From Limisphaerales bacterium (GTDB taxonomy: Bacteria > Verrucomicrobiota > Verrucomicrobiia > Limisphaerales > JAJOIW01): a stretch of 14,526 bases of DNA. Of the stretch, positions 8,036 to 14,526 are shown one piece after another. Location of the stretch: contig CBFHOE010000012.1 of NCBI GenBank assembly GCA_965657355.1, positions 28,478-43,003 of the forward strand, in the 5' to 3' direction. The notes beneath the pieces were generated by a model. It was not told the origin of the DNA. It was given only the letters and a program-made list of their open reading frames with translations, and did no database searches. Each line of letters begins with the position of its first letter. Position 1 is the first letter of the stretch. Both the position numbers and the translations under genes were made by a program.

Positions 8036-8941
8036 ATGAAATTTGGTTCATTATTATTTGTTCTTTGCCTTGGATTAATCGGTTGTGGTGAAACTGGAAA
8101 AGGCTCAAAATCAACTTATGAACTCGGATATGAGGTATTCGTTTCAAATTACCCATTGGGATATATGGTTTCTGAGTTGACCTCAGGAGAAATTACTCCA
8201 GATATGCCATGGGCAGGCCAAGGAGACCCCGCTTACTGGAAACCGAGCGAGGAAGCTGTTTCGGCTCTCCAGGAAAGCAAACTGGTTGTTTTTAATGGGG
8301 CCGAGTATGAAAAATGGGCCAAGACTTTATCTCTACCCAAGAGCAAGATCGTAGATACATCAGCATCATTTAAAGATTCCCTTATCGAAGTTGAAGGAGA
8401 GGTTCATAGCCATGGCCCTGAAGGAGAGCATTCGCATACCCACAAAGCAATAACAACCTGGTTGGATATGAATCTGGCCAGAGAACATTTAAAAGCGGTA
8501 TTCCAGGCTTTGATAGATTTTAAGGTTGCCTCTAAAGACACACTTGAGCGCAATTTCACGTCTCTTGACGCCGCAATAGCCGATATGGATTCAGAGCTCA
8601 AAAAAATTGGAAAAACCATGGAGGGAAAGGCTGTATTTGGATCTCACCCCATCTACCAGTACCTGGCTAAAGCTTACGGAATCAATATTATTGAGCTGCA
8701 TTTGGAGCCCGGAGAGTTTCCAAGTGAGAGTCAATGGGATGAGCTAAAAAGAAAAAGCGATGAGAATGAGATCAAATATATTCTCTGGGAGGGTGAGCCT
8801 CTTGTTAAAACGAGAGAAAAACTCGACTCAATTGGCATTACGAGTCTCACTTATTCTCCTTGCGGCGATAGACCCGAAGAAGGTGATTTTATATCTGTAA
8901 TGGAAACAAATATTAGAAACCTTGCTTCTGTCACGGAATGA
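8036..8941 (+). CDS. ZnuA/TroA-family metal-binding lipoprotein, atypical ligand set
   Basis: I placed the start at ATG 8036 (MKFGSLLFVLCLGLIG-C, lipobox). TroA-fold landmarks are SNYPL, DPxxWKPS, VFNGAEYEKW, a His loop HSHGPEGEHSHTH, WLD, SHPIYQYLAKAYG, EPGEFPS and FISVMETNIRNL. Confidence 0.88.
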   Translation: MKFGSLLFVLCLGLIGCGETGKGSKSTYELGYEVFVSNYPLGYMVSELTSGEITPDMPWAGQGDPAYWKPSEEAVSALQESKLVVFNGAEYEKWAKTLSLPKSKIVDTSASFKDSLIEVEGEVHSHGPEGEHSHTHKAITTWLDMNLAREHLKAVFQALIDFKVASKDTLERNFTSLDAAIADMDSELKKIGKTMEGKAVFGSHPIYQYLAKAYGINIIELHLEPGEFPSESQWDELKRKSDENEIKYILWEGEPLVKTREKLDSIGITSLTYSPCGDRPEEGDFISVMETNIRNLASVTE

Positions 8942-8983
8942 TGGTTATTGTCGTTGTGTCGAAAAGACTAAAGACAAAATTAA

Positions 8984-9196
8984 ATGAATAAGATTTCTTC
9001 TATCGCTTTATTTTCAACAATATTGCTAACCAGCGGCAGTCTTTCAGCTCATCCGGGGCATACAGCATTGGATAGCTCGGGGCTGGTCCATTTTATTCTG
9101 CAGCCAGACCATTTGCCTCTGAACCTGATTTGCTTATACGCATTCTTGAAATTCATTGGATTTTGCCTCAAGAAAAAAGATACTTTCAGGCTATAA
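8984..9196 (+). CDS. Small exported/membrane protein resembling the N-terminus of HupE/UreJ
   Basis: 70 aa: signal peptide ending SLSA, then HPGH, GLVHFILQPDHL (H-x5-DH), a hydrophobic helix and a KKK tail. It starts 42 nt after the ZnuA-like gene and is followed by a terminator. Confidence 0.65.
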   Translation: MNKISSIALFSTILLTSGSLSAHPGHTALDSSGLVHFILQPDHLPLNLICLYAFLKFIGFCLKKKDTFRL

Positions 9197-9209
9197 AGTT
9201 GACCATTTC

Positions 9210-9249
9210 CAACAAAAAAGCTGGCATTTTTATGCCAGCTTTTTTGTTG
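9210..9249. terminator. Bidirectional rho-independent terminator
   Basis: Perfect 18-bp inverted repeat CAACAAAAAAGCTGGCAT-TTTT-ATGCCAGCTTTTTTGTTG, which gives a U6 tract on both strands, between convergent genes. Confidence 0.92.
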
Positions 9250-9267
9250 CCTGAGTAGAGTGGCTTT

Positions 9268-10734
9268 TTAGTAGAGTTCAGGGAAGTCTTGAGAGAAATC
9301 TGAATCACCCCCTGTCTCGTTGTTCCATTTTTGAAGGACCTTCGCGAGAGATCGAGCTCTTTGTTTATGCCTTTTGGAAGGCGATTTTAATAAATCCATT
9401 TTTTCTAGAGGGTCTTTTTTCAGATTGAACATTCTCGCTGTCTTTATTTTAGGATAAAGGATTAATTTAAAGTTGCCTTTTGAAATCATGCGTTGGTGTG
9501 ACACATAGGCGCTATAAATCCCGTCATACGGCTGATACTCACCTTTACCAGTTAGGAGTGGTGCAAAACTTCGAAACTCGACGTGTTCAGGCTTGTCGGC
9601 TCCGGCTAGTTCAAAAATTGTAGGATGGATATCTTGTAAATAGACAGGCGTACTAATCTTGTGGTTTTTCTTAATTCCGGGACCAACCACGATGAGTGGA
9701 ACTCTGACACTATGGTCATACATATTCTGTTTGCCTAAAAATCCGTGCTGGCCAACGGCTAAACCATGATCCGCTGAGAAAAAAATGTAAGTGTTGTCCA
9801 TCTGGCCAGATTTTTCCAACGTATTCAGCATGCGCCCTATTTGCTGATCCATGTGGGTGATGATCGCATAATATTCTTGAATGTGAGTTTTGACGGCATA
9901 ATGAGTTCTCGGAAAAGGAGCGAGAACTTCATCGCGAATTTTATTGCTTCCAACGAGAAGAGGGTATTCAGGTAGAAAATTTTTCGGAACTGAGATTTGG
10001 TCCAGTGGGTATTTATCCACAAATTCTTTTGGTGACTGACGAGGGTCGTGTGGAGCATTGAAAGCCAAATACATGAAGAATGGATTTTCACTCTTAGATG
10101 CATTTTTGAGGTAATCTACTCCATCGTTTCCCAGGACTTCGCTCCAATGGGTTCCTCCTTCCCAAAACCCGCCCCATTTTTTATCCCAAGGCTTCCAGAC
10201 GTCTTCCTTGCCCATCACAGGCCTGTGGTAGCCTTGTTTAACGTCTCTAGGCATTCCTGGTCTGATGTGCCTGCTTGTTCCGAAGGCCTTAGACGCATCT
10301 GCTCTTAAGTGCCATTTTCCTGAAAAATAGGTTTCATATCCCTTCTTTTCCAGCACCTGAGGAAGCATTTTGCCTTTTTTGCGATAAAGCGTATCGGCAT
10401 CGTTGTAGTCTTTATTTGCATGCCACAGATAGCGACCCGTTAAAAGCATCATTCGGCTGGCCATACAAACCGCTCCATTCCAAGCTCCCTGGTTATAGGC
10501 ATGGGTCATCGTCGTCCCTTGACGCACAAGTCTATCCAGGTTGGGAGTTTCGATTTCCTCATTGCCAAGCTCCCTGATTGTACTGAAAGCCTGATCATCG
10601 GCGAAAATGAAGAGAATATTGGGAGATTTGGCAAAAAGTTGGCTGGAGAATAATCCAATAATAGAAATTAACAGCCAGGAAAATACTTTAATCTCCACAC
10701 ATTTAGATCTTTGCGTGCTTTTTATTGTGATCAT
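9268..10734 (-). CDS. Secreted Cys-type (formylglycine-dependent) S1 sulfatase
   Basis: 488 aa with a signal peptide, PNILFIFADDQ, TPNLDRL, GAVCMASRMMLLTGR, GKWH, APHDPR and ADHG...GKQNMYDHSVRVPLI. A later start (GTG 10698) is possible. Confidence 0.95.
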   Translation of the reverse strand: MITIKSTQRSKCVEIKVFSWLLISIIGLFSSQLFAKSPNILFIFADDQAFSTIRELGNEEIETPNLDRLVRQGTTMTHAYNQGAWNGAVCMASRMMLLTGRYLWHANKDYNDADTLYRKKGKMLPQVLEKKGYETYFSGKWHLRADASKAFGTSRHIRPGMPRDVKQGYHRPVMGKEDVWKPWDKKWGGFWEGGTHWSEVLGNDGVDYLKNASKSENPFFMYLAFNAPHDPRQSPKEFVDKYPLDQISVPKNFLPEYPLLVGSNKIRDEVLAPFPRTHYAVKTHIQEYYAIITHMDQQIGRMLNTLEKSGQMDNTYIFFSADHGLAVGQHGFLGKQNMYDHSVRVPLIVVGPGIKKNHKISTPVYLQDIHPTIFELAGADKPEHVEFRSFAPLLTGKGEYQPYDGIYSAYVSHQRMISKGNFKLILYPKIKTARMFNLKKDPLEKMDLLKSPSKRHKQRARSLAKVLQKWNNETGGDSDFSQDFPELY

Positions 10735-10828
10735 TTCTCAATACTGGGTGAGACCCATCACATTTGTCCAGAATGGAAATCTTTTGATTTGTATTGATTC
10801 TTTATAAGATGCCGATTGAATATTTTTT

Positions 10829-12328
10829 ATGATTTTCCGTCCAAAAGGAATGCTAATCGCACGACGTGCATGCGGGTTCGCCCTCATTTGGTCCATTTTG
10901 TTTTTTTCTAGTGTCTTTGCGCAGGAGACGAAGAAGAATATTCTTTTTCTTTTTGCTGATGATCAAAGGGAAGATACAATCTCCGCTTTTGGCAACCCTC
11001 ATATTTCCACGCCCAATTTGGACAGGCTCGTCAAGATGGGGACGAGCTTTCGACAAAATTATTGTTTTGGTTCCAATAGCGGTGCTGTTTGTGTGCCTAG
11101 TCGAGCCATGGTGCACAGTGGTAAAGCATGGACGCAGATCACCACAGATCTCAAAAATACTCCCATTTTACCCGAAACTTTGGGTGCTCATGGATATCAA
11201 ACGTTCATCACTGGAAAGTGGCACAACGGGAGCCAATCCATTCTAAGAGGCTTTCAATCGGGCAAGAGAGTGATGATGGGGGGGATGTCGAATCATGCCA
11301 AAGTTCCCATTGTCGATATAAGCAATGATAGAAAAAAACTAATCAATAAACGTGTTGGGAATAAAATGTCTAGCGAGTTATTTGCGGACGCATTGATTGA
11401 GTTCTTAAAATCCAGAAACCCCGAAAAACCATTTTACGCTTATTGTGCATTCACAGCTCCACACGACCCCAGGCAGCCACCTTTGAAATATAAGAGAATG
11501 TATGCCAATAAGAGGCCCCCATTACCAAAAAACTATCTTCCACAGCACCCGTTTAACAATGGCCATATGGATGGAGGTCGAGATGAAAATCTGGGACCAT
11601 GGCCCCGAACTCCAGACCTTATTCGTGAGCAATTGTCAGAATACTATGGCCTTATTTCATTCATGGATTCTCAAATTGGTCGGATCATAGACCAACTGGA
11701 TAAATTGGAATTATGGGAGGATACCTTGGTCATTTATGCTGCCGATCATGGGCTAGCCATGGGAAGCCACGGTCTTTTAGGAAAACAGAGTGTTTACGAA
11801 CACAGCATGAAATGTCCTCTGATACTCGTTGACAAATCGGTCCCCCAAAATTCTCAGAGAAATAATTTCACTTATTTATTCGATTTGTATCCTACTGTCC
11901 TGGAATACGCTGGCGTTGCAGTCGAGCCTGGATTGGTTTCTCAAAGCTTATGGCCTTCCATTAATGGAGATATGAGTCAAAACAGGAAATCCGTTTTTTT
12001 GCCATTTCGTAATCTCATGAGGTCCTGCCGCGACGAACAATTTAAAATAATATTTTATCCTCCAATAAACCACGTTCAGCTCTTTGATTTAAAATCTGAT
12101 CCTGATGAGATGATTAATTTGGCTGATCGCCCTGACTTAGAAGATACTCGGAAAAAGTTAAGGACAATGCTTGTGGAGTGGCAGTCATTGGTAGGCGACA
12201 AACAAATCCTAGAAGTTTCCACCCCCAATCCAAAAGTCATTGATCTCACAGGCAAATCTCGCAAGCCAGATAGGTGGCAGCCAGATTGGATCATAAATAA
12301 ATATTTTAATGCCTACCAATTACAATAA
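10829..12328 (+). CDS. Secreted Cys-type (formylglycine-dependent) S1 sulfatase
   Basis: 499 aa with a signal peptide ending VFA, KNILFLFADDQ, TPNLDRL, GAVCVPSRAMVHSG, GKWH, APHDPR and ADHG...GKQSVYEHSMKCPLI. ATG 10850 is an alternative start. Confidence 0.95.
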   Translation: MIFRPKGMLIARRACGFALIWSILFFSSVFAQETKKNILFLFADDQREDTISAFGNPHISTPNLDRLVKMGTSFRQNYCFGSNSGAVCVPSRAMVHSGKAWTQITTDLKNTPILPETLGAHGYQTFITGKWHNGSQSILRGFQSGKRVMMGGMSNHAKVPIVDISNDRKKLINKRVGNKMSSELFADALIEFLKSRNPEKPFYAYCAFTAPHDPRQPPLKYKRMYANKRPPLPKNYLPQHPFNNGHMDGGRDENLGPWPRTPDLIREQLSEYYGLISFMDSQIGRIIDQLDKLELWEDTLVIYAADHGLAMGSHGLLGKQSVYEHSMKCPLILVDKSVPQNSQRNNFTYLFDLYPTVLEYAGVAVEPGLVSQSLWPSINGDMSQNRKSVFLPFRNLMRSCRDEQFKIIFYPPINHVQLFDLKSDPDEMINLADRPDLEDTRKKLRTMLVEWQSLVGDKQILEVSTPNPKVIDLTGKSRKPDRWQPDWIINKYFNAYQLQ

Positions 12329-12410
12329 TGGGAAAAATTTGCAATGGCATCTTTGTCAAATTATGCCAGAGTAAATCGCCAAATATAACCTGAAAAAGAA
12401 AAGAAGAACT

Positions 12411-14165
12411 ATGAAGTATTTCAAATTCGCAACGCTTTCAATATTGGCTGGAATCATATTTAGTGGTCTACAGCACAGTGCTTTGGCTCAAAGTTATCAA
12501 AAACTCCAAAAGGTGAGTGAGGCTTTGAAGTCTGATATTAGACCTTGGCGAGGTGGAAGCAGCTCATTGAAGGTACCGATGATTGCATGGGGCGGTGATA
12601 TACAAACAATTCTCGCCAACGGAATGTCCAAGAAAACAACCAGCACGAGTCATTTTGCAAAGGCAGGACTAAACATCGAGCTTTTTAGGGAAGACCAATT
12701 CCTCAAACAATTGGCAGCCTATCTCAAAGCTGAAACCCCATTCTTGCGAGGAACCCTCGGGATGATTAACTCGGCTGCCGAGGTCACGAATAGCGACCCA
12801 AATGCTGAAATGGTAATCATATACCAGCTTACTTGGTCTGCAGGAAGCGATGTGATCGTGGTTAAAGACACCATAGTGAAACCGGCAGACTTAAAAGGAA
12901 AAACAATCGCAATCCAATCCTTCGGCCCTCACATCGATTATCTCACAACTGTGCTTTCAAGTGCTAATTTAACTCCTCAAGATATCACATGGAAGTGGGT
13001 GCCAGATTTATTTGAAGTTGACGCGCGCTCTTTCAGTCCGGCAATGGCTCTTACTAACGATTCATCCGTTGATGGGGCTATGGTTATTATGCCCGATGCA
13101 CAAATTCTTACTTCTGGCGGAAATATAGGCAACGGGGCTGAGGGTTCCGTCAAAGGAGGAAAAATTCTCATGTCCACAAAAACTGCTGATCGGGTTATTG
13201 CAGATGTTTATGCTGTGAGAAAAGACTTTTTAAAGAAGTATCCAGATACTGTTAATCGATTCGTCAAGGCTCTCATCGATGCCGAAGCAGAAGCTCGAAA
13301 CCTTAGCAAAACTAAAAGCAATAGATGGAAAGAGCTCATGAGGAAAAGTGCAGCACTTCTCCTTGATGATCAAAACGCCTTCAATGACATGGAGCAAATG
13401 TATTACGAAGCTGATTTTGCAGGAATAGCTGGTAACTACCAATTTTTCGTTGACTCTAACTATCCCAGAAGAGCGGCTAAATTGAATGAAGAAATCCAAT
13501 CAGCTTTTGTGTCATTAAAATTGTTATCATCTAAACAATCGATCGGGCTATCGCCAATCGACTTTGAAAGCTTGAGCTCAGGTGGGACAATGGAAATAGA
13601 GGTAAAGCAGCATTTCAATCCTGACGCGGTCAATAAACTGATTGCAAGGCGTCAGAGTTCCAACGGGCTTGACAAAGGTGAGTTGTTCTCTTTTGAAATT
13701 TTCTTTGCCCCTAATCAAAAGATTTTCCCACCTAATCTCTATAGCAAAGAATTCGACAAAGCGATTGAATTGATATCAACATACGGAGGTGCTTTGATGA
13801 CTTTGGAGGGGCATTCCGATCCCATGGGATACCTCAAAAAGAAAAAAGATAATGAGCCTAAAATTATTTTAGAAAGGTATAAAAAATCGGCTCAAAATCT
13901 TTCTGTAAGCCGGGCTAACTCGGTTAGGGAGAGTCTTGTTAGTTATGCAGGTGGCAAAGGTGTTTTAATTGATGTTAGCCAGTTTGCTGTGATTGGGCAC
14001 GGCGTCATGAAACCTAATACGCCTACCGTAAATTATGATCGCGATGGGGATCTTGCTCTGGAGTCAGCACCGCGGACAAAGGAACAATGGGATGCCACCC
14101 GCAGAGTTGTCTTTAGGATCCTGCAAGTAGAAGCAGAGGAAGAGGCGTTTACTCCCCTTTTCTAA
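12411..14165 (+). CDS. SsuA/NMT1-like periplasmic substrate-binding protein fused to a C-terminal OmpA-like peptidoglycan-binding domain
   Basis: 584 aa with a Sec signal ending SALA. The SBP part has WSAGSDVIVV...ADLKGKTIA and IADVYAVRKDFLKKYPDTVNRFVKAL. The OmpA-like part has IFFAPN, LEGHSDPMG, NLSVSRANSVRESL, VIGHGVMKP and TRRVVFRI. Confidence 0.85.
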   Translation: MKYFKFATLSILAGIIFSGLQHSALAQSYQKLQKVSEALKSDIRPWRGGSSSLKVPMIAWGGDIQTILANGMSKKTTSTSHFAKAGLNIELFREDQFLKQLAAYLKAETPFLRGTLGMINSAAEVTNSDPNAEMVIIYQLTWSAGSDVIVVKDTIVKPADLKGKTIAIQSFGPHIDYLTTVLSSANLTPQDITWKWVPDLFEVDARSFSPAMALTNDSSVDGAMVIMPDAQILTSGGNIGNGAEGSVKGGKILMSTKTADRVIADVYAVRKDFLKKYPDTVNRFVKALIDAEAEARNLSKTKSNRWKELMRKSAALLLDDQNAFNDMEQMYYEADFAGIAGNYQFFVDSNYPRRAAKLNEEIQSAFVSLKLLSSKQSIGLSPIDFESLSSGGTMEIEVKQHFNPDAVNKLIARRQSSNGLDKGELFSFEIFFAPNQKIFPPNLYSKEFDKAIELISTYGGALMTLEGHSDPMGYLKKKKDNEPKIILERYKKSAQNLSVSRANSVRESLVSYAGGKGVLIDVSQFAVIGHGVMKPNTPTVNYDRDGDLALESAPRTKEQWDATRRVVFRILQVEAEEEAFTPLF

Positions 14166-14192
14166 TTTAAAATATCTCTAGAATCACAAGGT

Positions 14193-14526
14193 GTGGGCAA
14201 AACCCAACAAAATCTTGTCTATATAGTTACAGGGGCAGCAGGTGGCCTAGGGAGCGAACTCGTTAGAGGGTTGTTAAATCGTGGGGCTTGGGTTTTTGCC
14301 CTCACCCATAAAAGATCTTTATCTTTCAAGCATGAAAGATTAATTAAATTGTCCCTCGATTTATTGGAATTAGATAATTTAAAGGGGCAGTTAGATAGTG
14401 CCTTTGTCGACATACAGCATCCTCTTGGTGGGGTAATCCATGCTGCTGGAATTACCCATGGAAGCCCTATAGCAAAAACTACCCTGGAAGAATGGGATAA
14501 CCAGTTCAATGTAAATTTTTTCTCTG
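14193..14526 (+). CDS. SDR-family NAD(P)-dependent oxidoreductase, partial (runs off the right edge)
   Basis: Not in the ORF track. From GTG 14193: MGKTQQNLVYIVTGAAGGLGSELVRGLLNRGAWV...LDLL...GGVIHAAGITHGSPIAKTTLEEWDNQFNVNFFS. It has the TGxxxGxG Rossmann motif, an HAAG (NNAG-like) motif and the W..xFxVN helix. Confidence 0.9.
   Translation, partial: MGKTQQNLVYIVTGAAGGLGSELVRGLLNRGAWVFALTHKRSLSFKHERLIKLSLDLLELDNLKGQLDSAFVDIQHPLGGVIHAAGITHGSPIAKTTLEEWDNQFNVNFFS

Noticed and set aside
9210..9249. 18-bp perfect inverted repeat as a possible MITE or REP element
   Set aside because: It occurs once, has U tracts on both strands and lies between convergent stops, so a bidirectional terminator explains it fully.
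12345..12362. Possible sigma-54 promoter (TGGCA...)
   Set aside because: There is no GC dinucleotide at the required 10-nt distance from the GG on either strand.
9837..13499. Short overlapping ORFs inside the sulfatase and SBP genes, including the poly-Arg/poly-Phe frame at 10866..11246
   Set aside because: They are out-of-frame or antisense readings of strongly supported genes. The low-complexity runs come from A- and T-rich codons of the real frame.
14163..14195. SDR lies in the same frame as the SBP-OmpA gene with only one TAA between them (possible read-through fusion)
   Set aside because: A shared frame arises one time in three by chance, TAA is a poor read-through codon, and fusing a periplasmic protein to a cytoplasmic NAD(P) enzyme is implausible.
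14219..14509. 96-aa minus-strand ORF
   Set aside because: It is the antisense shadow of the plus-strand SDR gene.
1..14526. CRISPR arrays, transposases, integrases, phage or defence genes, tandem repeat arrays
   Set aside because: I saw no regularly spaced direct repeats and no such protein motifs by eye. A self dot-plot would be needed to exclude weak repeats.

Overview
Bacterial chromosomal window, probably from a PVC-superphylum organism. Verrucomicrobia is the most likely group, inferred from the gene families present: a DUF1501-like Tat protein, a duplicated ABC-2-like permease, paired secreted sulfatases and Mpl. In order it holds a partial Tat-exported DUF1501/alkaline-phosphatase-superfamily-like gene that the ORF track missed, a stand-alone gatB, mpl, and an orphan ABC-2-type permease. 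These are followed by a His-rich lipoprotein, an AEC-family transporter, an atypical ZnuA/TroA-fold lipoprotein and a 70-aa mini HupE/UreJ-like protein. The rest is a strong bidirectional terminator, two divergent paralogous Cys-type sulfatases, an SsuA/NMT1-like binding protein fused to an OmpA-like peptidoglycan-binding domain, and a partial SDR oxidoreductase also missed by the ORF track. I saw no mobile elements, CRISPR arrays, tRNAs or rRNAs. The best candidate for an undescribed system is the 6397-9196 block: three exported His-motif proteins around a secondary transporter, with no metal ABC permease or ATPase, directly next to the sulfatases. It may be a periplasmic metal-handling module. 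All family calls come from motif recognition by eye, not from database searches.
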